From NCBI GenBank assembly GCA_040386535.1, contig JAZKFH010000017.1:73113-137112 (forward strand): 64,000 bases of DNA. Direction: 5' to 3'. The notes under the pieces are model-generated. The model made no database searches. It was given only the letters and a program-made list of their open reading frames with translations, and had not been told where the DNA came from. The stretch is from Myxococcota bacterium. Its GTDB lineage: Bacteria; Myxococcota_A; UBA796; SXON01. Position numbers and translations under genes: made by a program. Shown here piece by piece: positions 51,182 to 59,594 of this stretch. The number at the start of each line of letters is the position of its first letter. Position 1 is the first letter of the stretch.

Positions 51182-52456
51182 TCACTCCACCACGAAACAG
51201 GCCTCCATCGGGGCGGCGTGGTCCGCCGTCCCCGCGTCTTGGAGCGGGTCCAGGCGCGTCCAGAAGTTGTACCGGCCGGCGGCGAGCAGCACCCGGGTCA
51301 CGCCTTCCGAGAATTCCTCCTGCTCGTTGTAGAGGGTCCGCTCGGGGTCGGTCCAGGTGAGCAGCAGGTCGGTAAAGCCCACCGGCGCGCCGTCCAGGCT
51401 CACCGAGACGTCGACCCAGCGCGCGTCCAGCACGAGGTCCGCGGTCGCGTCCCCGGAGACCACGAGCGGGCCCGCCAGCTTCACCTTCGAGAAATACCTG
51501 GGGTCGGGGTCCTGCGAGGACACGTAGACGTCGTAGGTCGCGGCTGGGAGGCGCACGGCGTACGCCTCGCCGTACGCGAACCTCCGAGAGAAGCTGAGGC
51601 GCTCCGCCGCGTCGTAGAAGTACAGCGTGATGTCCCCGTCTCCGGCGTAGTCGGGCAGGACGTCGTGCGGGTAGCTCAGCGTCCCGGACACCGCGTAGTC
51701 CACGCCGTCCACGGCGAGGGTGCCGTCGGCCGCGACCACATGGGCCGACAGCACGGGGACGTACGGGCTCTGGTCATCGGCCTCGTACCGGATCCGGACC
51801 TCGTACACACCTTCGGGCACGTCCGCCGACCAGCTCCCGCCGCGCGCGCTCGCCGCGGTGGTGCCTCCCGTGCGCGGGTCGATGAACATGACGACCGGAT
51901 AGTCGAGCGACCCCGCATCCACGCCGTTCATCGACGCGGTGCCGGTGATCGTGTGCACCTCGATCGCCACGTCGACCGTGGCGTCGCTGGTCAGGTCCAC
52001 GGCCTCGTGCGCGCGGGTGCGCATCGAGGGGTAGCCCCCGCCGAGGTCCACGTCGTACACGCCCGGGGGCACCCGGGCCGACCAGGTCGACCCGTCGGGC
52101 ACCCACTGCTCGAACTCGGCGCCGGTCGCGACGTCGACGAGCGTGAAGAGCCAGGGGACCTCGTGCACGTCGTCCCGGAGCGGCTCGCCGCCCCACGAGG
52201 CCGCCCCGCCGACCGTGACGGCGTCCGCCGAGAGCGCGACGGCGCCCTCACCCGTGACCTCGAACGTCCCGAGGTCCCAGGTGCCGAGCGCCATGCCGAC
52301 GCTCGTCTTGTGGACGTAGAGCGCGGCCGACCACGTCCCCGCGGGGAGCCGCAGCTCCGTCTCGTCCTCGTCGGTCAGTACCGATCCTCGTCCTCGTGGC
52401 CGCCCCAGCATGCGACGACCATAGCAGGCGCTCCGGCGCTCCGTGGTAGACTCCAC
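51182..52456 (-). CDS. hypothetical protein with repeated beta-sandwich domains; start uncertain, possibly 5'-truncated
   Basis: Repeated motifs LPAGTW / VPPGVYDV / VPEGVYEV / LPAATYDV / LAAGRYN. Coding bias begins near 52375 without a signal peptide. Confidence 0.6.
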   Translation of the reverse strand: MESTTERRSACYGRRMLGRPRGRGSVLTDEDETELRLPAGTWSAALYVHKTSVGMALGTWDLGTFEVTGEGAVALSADAVTVGGAASWGGEPLRDDVHEVPWLFTLVDVATGAEFEQWVPDGSTWSARVPPGVYDVDLGGGYPSMRTRAHEAVDLTSDATVDVAIEVHTITGTASMNGVDAGSLDYPVVMFIDPRTGGTTAASARGGSWSADVPEGVYEVRIRYEADDQSPYVPVLSAHVVAADGTLAVDGVDYAVSGTLSYPHDVLPDYAGDGDITLYFYDAAERLSFSRRFAYGEAYAVRLPAATYDVYVSSQDPDPRYFSKVKLAGPLVVSGDATADLVLDARWVDVSVSLDGAPVGFTDLLLTWTDPERTLYNEQEEFSEGVTRVLLAAGRYNFWTRLDPLQDAGTADHAAPMEACFVVE

Positions 52457-52458
52457 CG

Positions 52459-52884
52459 ATGATCCCCGCCTCCCACCACGGTCGTTTCGTCGGTTCCAAC
52501 CGCCTCTGGTTCATGCCGGGGACACCCGCCCACGTCTCGGATGGAACGCTCGTCGTCGCCGCCGACCGCGTGTCCGTGCGCTGGGCTCACGATGGAGCGG
52601 CGAAGGAGGGTGAGCTCGTGCTCAGCGGACCCGCCCCCTCGTGCCGCGGCGACTTCACCGATACGTTCCACGCGGAGAGCGGGCTGCTGCTGCACGGCCA
52701 CGTCCAGGGCAGCACGGTGCGGTTGTTCGGCACGTACCCGGCCGGCGACGGATCTCCGGACTGGGGCTGGCGTATCGTCCTCGACTGGTACGACCCGGAT
52801 CACTTCAGCTTTCGCATGTTCAACGTGCTCCCCGACGGCATGGAAGCGCTCGCAGTGGACCTGTGCGGCGCGCGATCGGCCTGA
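52459..52884 (+). CDS. hypothetical beta-rich protein (DUF1579-like)
   Basis: GSNRLWF, FTDTFH, GTYPAG..PDWGWRIVL, RMFNV. Confidence 0.65.
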   Translation: MIPASHHGRFVGSNRLWFMPGTPAHVSDGTLVVAADRVSVRWAHDGAAKEGELVLSGPAPSCRGDFTDTFHAESGLLLHGHVQGSTVRLFGTYPAGDGSPDWGWRIVLDWYDPDHFSFRMFNVLPDGMEALAVDLCGARSA

Positions 52885-52912
52885 CGCTTTCCGCCGCGGC
52901 TTCGTGGGCCGC

Positions 52913-53326
52913 TCAGCTGGAGCCGAACACCCGCAGCTCGGCGAAGCCAGCGGCGCTGCGTTCGACGACCTCTCCGTCGAGCGTCAGGATGGGCGCGTTC
53001 CACATCAGGGCCAGCGCGACGTAGACAGCGTCGTACGCACGGAGGCGCGCAACGCGGGCGACGAGCACGGCCCGTTCGAGCAGCTCGGCGTCGAGCGGAC
53101 AGGCGTGGAACCGCGGCCCTCGGATCACGGCGTCCACCGTGTCGAGAAGGTCGGCCGGCTCTCCGCGCCGGGAGAGCCCCGCCATGACCTCGACGCGGAA
53201 CAGCTCCGGCACGAGGAACGGCTCCGTGTCCGGGTGGCTCTCGAAGAGCCGACGCGCCCGATGGTGGTGGCGCTCGGCGGGCGAGATGGCGGCGATGAAG
53301 ACCGATGCGTCCAGGACCGGGCTCAC
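52913..53326 (-). CDS. vapC: VapC/PIN-domain toxin (intact)
   Basis: VLDASV, VPELFRVEV, LRAYDAVYVALA, ILTLD. Confidence 0.9.
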   Translation of the reverse strand: MSPVLDASVFIAAISPAERHHHRARRLFESHPDTEPFLVPELFRVEVMAGLSRRGEPADLLDTVDAVIRGPRFHACPLDAELLERAVLVARVARLRAYDAVYVALALMWNAPILTLDGEVVERSAAGFAELRVFGSS

Positions 53327-53583
53327 CGCCGCCCCTCGCCGACCAGCTCCACCGCGTCGAACTCCGATGTCGGGCGCGGGATCCGGCCCAGGCTCGCCAT
53401 GAGGGCCCGGTAGCCGGCTGTCTCGGCGGGGGTCAGCGAGCGTGGCCCGGCGTGGACGGGCACGAGCCGCGCGGCAGGCTCCCCGTCGACCGTGATCACG
53501 GCATCCTCCCCGCGCGTGCGCACGCCCCGCACGAGCTCGGAGAGCCGGGCCTTCGCGTCCGAGAGCGTCATCACCGTGCTCAT
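53323..53583 (-). CDS. Phd/YefM-family antitoxin
   Basis: MSTVMTLSDAKARLSELVRGV...ITVDGEPAARLVP; overlaps the toxin start. Confidence 0.9.
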   Translation of the reverse strand: MSTVMTLSDAKARLSELVRGVRTRGEDAVITVDGEPAARLVPVHAGPRSLTPAETAGYRALMASLGRIPRPTSEFDAVELVGEGRR

Positions 53584-53599
53584 GTGGGCCTCATCCACC

Positions 53600-53628
53600 A
53601 TGATAGTCAGATCAGACCATACGGTCAA
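53600..53628 (-). promoter_or_regulatory. sigma70 promoter of the TA operon with an overlapping palindromic operator
   Basis: TTGACC-N17-TATCAT; inverted repeat GACC-ATAC-GGTC at 53615-53626. Confidence 0.75.
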
Positions 53629-53754
53629 TCGCGGGGGGGCGCAGCCGGGCCGCGCGAGTCGACCGTGGCACCGTCCGCGCGACCAGCCCCGCCCCGCAGC
53701 GGCGGCCGTCCTCGGCCGTCCGTCTGCCCCGGTTCTCGGTCCCGTGCTCCTCCC

Positions 53755-55821
53755 CTACTCCGACCGCCGCCACCCCGTGACATCGTAGGGGTCCTTGCCC
53801 GTGAGGACCATCTGCTCGTCGATGCGGAACGCGTCCGGGGATTGCAGGTTGAATTGCCATGGCACGAGCGACACGTAGAACGGATCGTTCCTGCCCAGCG
53901 CCTCGATGGGCTTGCCATTCAGGTAGGGGTTCACGCAGCCGCCGATCTCCTCACACAGGATTCGTGGCACCTCCGCGTTTGGGAGGAACTCCTCCGACGT
54001 TGCCATCACGCCGCGCGCGCCTCGTGGCTTGACCATCAACAGGGAGCGGAACCGCACGAAGTCACGGGACTGTGTGCCCCCCGCGATGGCCCGCGAGGAG
54101 CGGTCCTCCACCGGCCCGACGATGCCGTGGTCCGACACCAACACGACCTTGGTGTTGTCGTATACGCCCTCCTTCTTCATCCAATCCACGTAGTCGGCGA
54201 CCAGGAGGAGGGTGCACCGCGCCGCGACTGCGTGTTGCAAATCGAACAGGCTCGCGTAGCCCCGGGCTGCCACCTCCTCGTCCGGAAGCACCAGCCGGGT
54301 GCGCCGCGGGCGGCAGTCCTCCCCCATGAAATAGGGTTCGTGGGGGAGCATGTTCATCACGATGTTGAGGCTGCCCGTCGGCGCGTCGGTGCGCGTGAGC
54401 GCGGGGAGCGCCTCGAGCTCGGCCCATTGTTTGAGCGTAGTCGCGGCGGAGTGATCGAGGAACTCCCGCCAGGGGCCGAGCTCGCCCACCGCCGCCTTGA
54501 CGAGGTACGGGGCGCTGCGCATCACGCCGAGCAGCACGAGCAGGTCGGAGTAGCTGGCCTTGGACAGCTCCGCGACGGGCACCCCGGTCGCCGCCGCGGC
54601 GTCTGCCACCAGGCTGGCCGGCATGCTGGCACATTCCAGGCCCTCGATCGAAAGGAAACTACAGTCCCCCTCCATCGTGAAGCCCAATCCGTGGGGATTG
54701 ACGAGGTGGGCCTCGTACCCCTTGGCCGTGAAATTGTAGGGGAGGATGGCAAAGCTCTCCACCGACTGATCGCGGAGCGGCCGGCCCGCGCGATTCATCT
54801 CGTCGGGGGTGTAGTCATACCCCCCGAGCAGCGGGTGCAGGCCCGCGATCGAGTTCTCTCCCGCGGCGAGCGTGCGCGGATACCAGGTGAACCCGTCCAG
54901 GCGTTGGGCGAGCGCCGGCTCCGCGACGAGGATCTCCTCGACGAACCCGCCCATGAACCGGTCCAGGAACAAGAGGAGCACGTTGTTGTCGGCCTTGCTG
55001 AACCGGATGGGCTGCGCGCTCCCGCTCGTGGCGTCGCCCCCGCCACGGGAGCCTTCCCGCTCCTGGAGCGCCCGGGCCGCGGCGACGGTGCCGAAGGACA
55101 CGTTCAACAGGACCAGCGCGACCACGACGCCACGCGCGCCGAAGCGGAGCAGCGCGGCGAGCGCCCCGAGGGTGACGAGCGGCGCGACGGTGGCGTCCAC
55201 CAGCGACCGCGCGGCGAGCTGCACGCCGGTCACCGGGATCTGCTCGAACAGGAGCCCGTTCATCATCGGGTAGCCGAAGGGCAGCACGAAGGCGTAGACG
55301 ACGGCGACCAGCAGCGCTGTGAGGGCCGCGAAGCTCAGCACCGTCTTCATCCGGGAGAACAGCGCCATTCCGTAGATCGCGGCGCCCGCGTACAGGACGG
55401 TGATCGTCCGGCCGGCGTTGTGGGTGAGCAGGAATTCCAAATGGATGTCCAGCTCGCCCGGCGATGTCAGGAACGTCGTGATGGGCAGGTAGATGTAGAC
55501 CAGCGCCGCCAGCGTGAACACGGAGACCAGGAACAAGGCCAGCCGGTCGCGGCCGAGGGCCTGGGTCATCGGCCGCGTGAACGATTCGGGCAGCATCACC
55601 CCCGCGAAGGTGAAGCCGATCGCCAGCATGCCCAGCGGGAACAGACCGCAGTCCGTCCACACCAGCGCGCAGGCGTCGAAATAGAACAAGGCGGCGAGCG
55701 CCGCCGTCGCCAGCTTCGGGTTGGCTGTCGCCCCGCGCCCGAGCACCCACACGACCAGGGTGAGCAGCGCGGTGTTGAGCAGGAAGACCAGGAGACCCAG
55801 CTCCACGGGCTCGGGCGTCAT
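53755..55821 (-). CDS. multi-pass membrane protein with an alkaline-phosphatase/sulfatase-superfamily (LtaS/EptA-like) domain
   Basis: About 7-8 TM helices, then NVLLLFLDR, GENSIAG (candidate Ser nucleophile), MLPHEP and LVSDHG; ATG at 55821. Confidence 0.8.
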   Translation of the reverse strand: MTPEPVELGLLVFLLNTALLTLVVWVLGRGATANPKLATAALAALFYFDACALVWTDCGLFPLGMLAIGFTFAGVMLPESFTRPMTQALGRDRLALFLVSVFTLAALVYIYLPITTFLTSPGELDIHLEFLLTHNAGRTITVLYAGAAIYGMALFSRMKTVLSFAALTALLVAVVYAFVLPFGYPMMNGLLFEQIPVTGVQLAARSLVDATVAPLVTLGALAALLRFGARGVVVALVLLNVSFGTVAAARALQEREGSRGGGDATSGSAQPIRFSKADNNVLLLFLDRFMGGFVEEILVAEPALAQRLDGFTWYPRTLAAGENSIAGLHPLLGGYDYTPDEMNRAGRPLRDQSVESFAILPYNFTAKGYEAHLVNPHGLGFTMEGDCSFLSIEGLECASMPASLVADAAAATGVPVAELSKASYSDLLVLLGVMRSAPYLVKAAVGELGPWREFLDHSAATTLKQWAELEALPALTRTDAPTGSLNIVMNMLPHEPYFMGEDCRPRRTRLVLPDEEVAARGYASLFDLQHAVAARCTLLLVADYVDWMKKEGVYDNTKVVLVSDHGIVGPVEDRSSRAIAGGTQSRDFVRFRSLLMVKPRGARGVMATSEEFLPNAEVPRILCEEIGGCVNPYLNGKPIEALGRNDPFYVSLVPWQFNLQSPDAFRIDEQMVLTGKDPYDVTGWRRSE

Positions 55822-56537
55822 GGCTTGCCCATCGCTTCGGTCAGGCGCGCGCCGAAGCCGGCACCGAATCCCGCGCCGCTCCCAGTGAACAGGCGCGCGA
55901 ACACGTTGCGTACCAGGGAGATCAGGTTGTTGGTGGTCCAATACACGAGGAGGGCCGCGGGGCTGTCGTAGAGCAGGACCAGGAACAGGAGGGCGAGGAG
56001 GATGGCATTGCGGCGGCGCTTCGCGTCCGCGCTGTACAGGACGGCGGAGACGATGTTGGCCGCGGTCATGACGAAGGGGAGCAGGTTGGCGCCCCACAAC
56101 AATCCGTCGGGCCGATTGAGGTGGGAGATCCCCATCAGACGCCAGCCCCCGAACTTCACGTCCGAGAGGAAGTGGTAGACCGTCACGAACACGAGGACCT
56201 GCAGGTACAGATCGAACGATCCGAACACAACGGAGATCGGCTTGAACCCGAAGTGCCGGTGGATCGTGGTCACGTAGTAGTACCGCTCGCGCCCCTTGAA
56301 GTGGGCCTTGATGCGCGCGATCTCCTTGTCCATCGCCGCGCGCCGGGCCGCCGCCTGCCGGCCGCCGCGCTCCATCTGTACGTACAACGGCAGGAGGATG
56401 AGGTTGAGCACGACGGCGAACGCCACGATCGACCAGGGGCGGCTGCCGAGGCCCTCCACGAGCAGGTCGAAGAGCCACCGGTAGAGCGTCATCAGCGGCG
56501 TGATGAACACGAGCTCGAGCGTGTCCATCACAGGCAT
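55818..56537 (-). CDS. YidC/Oxa1-family paralogue
   Basis: WSIVAFAVVLNLILLPLY, coiled loop IARIKAHFKG, LNRPDGLL..NLLPFVMT, ALLVYWTTNNL. Confidence 0.8.
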   Translation of the reverse strand: MPVMDTLELVFITPLMTLYRWLFDLLVEGLGSRPWSIVAFAVVLNLILLPLYVQMERGGRQAAARRAAMDKEIARIKAHFKGRERYYYVTTIHRHFGFKPISVVFGSFDLYLQVLVFVTVYHFLSDVKFGGWRLMGISHLNRPDGLLWGANLLPFVMTAANIVSAVLYSADAKRRRNAILLALLFLVLLYDSPAALLVYWTTNNLISLVRNVFARLFTGSGAGFGAGFGARLTEAMGKP

Positions 56538-57796
56538 CGGAGGATGTCCACGATCTGGCCGGCGCTGGCGGAGGCGGCGTTTCCGTATTGGTAGACCACG
56601 TGGTCACGCACCTCGGCGATCCGCGTGGACAGGGCGCGCCCGAGCGCGGCGTCCACCTCGTCCGCGATGTGCGCCATGCGGGCCTCGGGGATGGGGACGA
56701 TCACCTCCCGGCACAATTCGCGCAGCTCGCTCTTGCCGCCGAGCAGGGCCCCTTCCAAGCCGCCGTGGCCGATCTCGTGGTCGACGATGATGGCGGGGCG
56801 TTGGTAGATGAACGCGAACTCGTGCATGATCCCGGAGATGTCACTCACCAACAGATCGGCGCGGGACATCGCGTAGGCGGGCGTGGCCGACGTGTCGACC
56901 TCTACCGAGTCCAGGGCCAGGATCTCCGCGTACAGCGCCGCCTGGGAGAAGCGCATCTGCGGATGCGGCCGCACGAGCACGTGATGCCGGGCGGCGATCT
57001 CCCGCACGAAGCCGGTCCCGAACCGCTCGAACAGGCTGAAGGGGCCCCAGCTCGGCGCCACAAGCACGGTCTTGCGGGCCCCTGGCTCGCGCCGATCCAC
57101 CGCTTGCCGCGCGAGCTCGTCGTAATGGGGGATGCCGGTCCGGTAGAGCTGCTTCTTCGGGAGCTGGCGGATCTCCTCGATGCGGCAGATGTTGTTCTCC
57201 ATCACCGGGCCGCAGCACAGCACCGAATCGAAGAAGTCGTACGCGTAGGGCCGGACGTAGCGCGACTCACCCAGCGCGTGGGGGATGTGACAGTAGTGGA
57301 GCACGCGCTTGGAGCGGCGGAACATCATGACGTCGAGCTGTGGCGTCGTGGTGATCAACATCCGCGCCTGGAGGTGGTTCAGGTACGAATAGCCCACCAT
57401 TCCCGGGGCGATCGCGCGATGTGTGCACCCCTCCGGCAGGGGCGCGCTGTCCGCGCCGCGCTCGTACATCGTGAACAAGGTCGCTCTCTCGCCGCGGAGG
57501 GAGAGCTCGTGGAGCACGGGCAGGAACGTGATCTCGTACCGGGGGTCTTCGCAGTGGATCGCGAGATCGCAGCTCTGGTCCGCGTACCGGGTGCGCAAGA
57601 TGCGCTCGACGATGCGGTAGTACAGGCCGCGTACGCCGAAGTACGCCGAGACGACGAGGCCCGTGACCACGTACACCAGCGCGCTGCCGGTGCCCGGGTC
57701 GATGTAGGCCTCGGCGGTCGACGGGTGGAACAGGCCGAGGACCAGCACCAGGCCAGCCACCGAGTCGATTCCGGGCGTGCGCCGCCGAGTGGTCAC
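56528..57796 (-). CDS. CDP-glycerol glycerophosphotransferase-family (TagB/TagF-like) protein with an N-terminal YIDPGTGS membrane anchor
   Basis: AYIDPGTGS plus TM helix; VLVAPSWG, VRPHPQ, ADLLVSDISGIMHEFAF; GTG at 57796. Confidence 0.85.
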   Translation of the reverse strand: MTTRRRTPGIDSVAGLVLVLGLFHPSTAEAYIDPGTGSALVYVVTGLVVSAYFGVRGLYYRIVERILRTRYADQSCDLAIHCEDPRYEITFLPVLHELSLRGERATLFTMYERGADSAPLPEGCTHRAIAPGMVGYSYLNHLQARMLITTTPQLDVMMFRRSKRVLHYCHIPHALGESRYVRPYAYDFFDSVLCCGPVMENNICRIEEIRQLPKKQLYRTGIPHYDELARQAVDRREPGARKTVLVAPSWGPFSLFERFGTGFVREIAARHHVLVRPHPQMRFSQAALYAEILALDSVEVDTSATPAYAMSRADLLVSDISGIMHEFAFIYQRPAIIVDHEIGHGGLEGALLGGKSELRELCREVIVPIPEARMAHIADEVDAALGRALSTRIAEVRDHVVYQYGNAASASAGQIVDILRCL

Positions 57797-58386
57797 CGGC
57801 GCCGCGCCTCGAAGTAGAACTGCCGCGTCCCGTACGGAGACTCGATCTCGTCCGGGTACACGCGGTCGACCGCCGAGACCTCGAAGTGTCGACCCAACAG
57901 ATCCAACGTGTGTGTCACGGTGCGGTAGAGCGACGCGTAGCCGTCCCGCACCACGGGCTCGTCCTCCGGCTTGAGCGTGCAGGTCGAGCGGACGTACACC
58001 ACCTTGGACGTGGTCAGGGCCAACACGCGATCCACGGCCTCGTCCGAGAAGATGTATTGGATCACCCCCGCGATGATCGTGACGTCCACCTCGGGGAGGG
58101 GGCGCGGCTGGGTGAAGTCGTAGACCTCGGTCTTCACGCGCGGGTTGATGCCCGCGAGCAGATCCGCCGCGATGTCGAAGCCGTAGAACTCCTCGAACGC
58201 CGTGAGGTGCACGAGGCACTCGAGCAGCGCGCCGTGCCCACAACCGAGGTCGAGCAGGCGCTTCCCCTCGACCTTCTTGAGGCGCGGCACGAGGTAGTTC
58301 AGCTCGTGGATGCGGCGGTGGTTCGTGAACGGAAACGGATAGGCCTGCTGCTCTTTCCAGAAACGGCTGGCGATCTCGGTCGACAT
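57793..58386 (-). CDS. class I SAM-dependent methyltransferase
   Basis: LLDLGCGHG, YGFDI, GVIQY. Confidence 0.88.
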   Translation of the reverse strand: MSTEIASRFWKEQQAYPFPFTNHRRIHELNYLVPRLKKVEGKRLLDLGCGHGALLECLVHLTAFEEFYGFDIAADLLAGINPRVKTEVYDFTQPRPLPEVDVTIIAGVIQYIFSDEAVDRVLALTTSKVVYVRSTCTLKPEDEPVVRDGYASLYRTVTHTLDLLGRHFEVSAVDRVYPDEIESPYGTRQFYFEARRR

Positions 58387-58420
58387 GGGCGCTACCTTGG
58401 GATGCGGGGGATCGGGCTGG

Positions 58421-59392
58421 CTACCACTCGTCGCAGACGTAGACGCCGGACTGGAAGAAGCGGATCTGCCCGTTGTCGATGCGCTCGCGGACGAAGGTCG
58501 GCAGGTCGAAGTCCTCCTCGCCGAGCAGCGCCGCCAGCGGGATGCGGAGCCGGATCACGTTCTGCGGCAGCCGGTGGAAGGTCTCCCCGTTGGGGATCAT
58601 CTGGCCGCTCTCGGCCGCGGCGAGGATCTCCGTGGGTGTGCGCTGGGGAAACTCGATGCGCTCCCCCTCCTCGCGGGCGAACTCGGACAAGCGCGTGCGC
58701 CGGCCGTCCTTGAGGAAGTGCACGTTGCCGAGCAGATCGATGTCGGCGTAGTCGAACACCACGCACGGGATGCGCCGGGCGCCGAGGCGCCGGAGCGCTT
58801 CGAGCCGATTCACGCCGTCCACCACGAGGCGCTCGCGCACGATGGAGATCGGGTTGAAGAACACCTTCTCCCGGCCGATCTTCTCGACCAGCCGCAGGAC
58901 CTTGGCCTCCTCGTACGCCTCGAAGATCCGGAGATCCTCGATCGGGACGAGCAGGAGGTTCTCCATCAGGAACCGCTCGTCGCGACGCGCCGAACGTTCG
59001 ACACGCCGCCGGATCTCGGTGGTCGAGATGCCGTCGGTGCGCGGGAGCAGCACGAGCCGGATCTTGTGGGCCTTGAGGTACTCGATCGCGGGCGTACGGT
59101 CGGCCGAGTACAACCAGTCGTCCCCCTGCACGATGATGTCCGGCTTCAGACGCTCGTAGACAGGCCGCTGGTCGGGATCGGTGTACGGGACCACGCTGGC
59201 GACGAACGGGAGGGACTGGAGCTGCGCCGTGCGCTCCTCCAGGGTGAGGATCGGGCGTCGCGCCTTGGTGTTCTCCACTCCCTTGTCGGTCATGATGCCG
59301 ACGATCAGGTCACCCAGGGCCGCCGCCTGGGTGAGGATGTTCAGGTGCCCGCGATGCAGCAGGTCAAAGACGCCCGTGGTGTAGACCTTCAT
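58421..59392 (-). CDS. TagD-like cytidylyltransferase fused to a ParB-fold (SbnI/SerK-like) domain
   Basis: GVFDLLHRGH, QGDDW, RTDGISTT; C-terminal LVPIEDLRIFEAYEE, NPISI, VVDGVNRLEALRRLG..IPC, EILAAAESGQMIPNGETFH. Confidence 0.85.
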   Translation of the reverse strand: MKVYTTGVFDLLHRGHLNILTQAAALGDLIVGIMTDKGVENTKARRPILTLEERTAQLQSLPFVASVVPYTDPDQRPVYERLKPDIIVQGDDWLYSADRTPAIEYLKAHKIRLVLLPRTDGISTTEIRRRVERSARRDERFLMENLLLVPIEDLRIFEAYEEAKVLRLVEKIGREKVFFNPISIVRERLVVDGVNRLEALRRLGARRIPCVVFDYADIDLLGNVHFLKDGRRTRLSEFAREEGERIEFPQRTPTEILAAAESGQMIPNGETFHRLPQNVIRLRIPLAALLGEEDFDLPTFVRERIDNGQIRFFQSGVYVCDEW

Positions 59393-59594
59393 CTCGACTC
59401 GAATCCGATGGCGGGCCCACTATCGCCCCGATGGGCGCGAGAGGCGCGGGGAACTGCTCGATTCGATCCACATGCGACGGAATCGCGTCCGCCGCGTCGG
59501 GAGCGCCGCGCTCGCGGGACACCTCCGATGAGAGACGGCGGTGAGGTGTGCCGACCCGCGCGGGGCGGTACCGTCGAACCTCTCCGGGTGCTCC

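Noticed and set aside
53305..55971. 888-aa plus-strand ORF, and likewise 60785..63892 on the minus strand
   Set aside because: Antisense to well-supported genes.
53755..56607. 950-aa ORF suggesting a single YidC-sulfatase fusion
   Set aside because: The YidC-like sequence is in a different frame with its own stop overlapping the ATG at 55821, and the upstream extension is not protein-like. A recent frameshift in a fused ancestor cannot be excluded.
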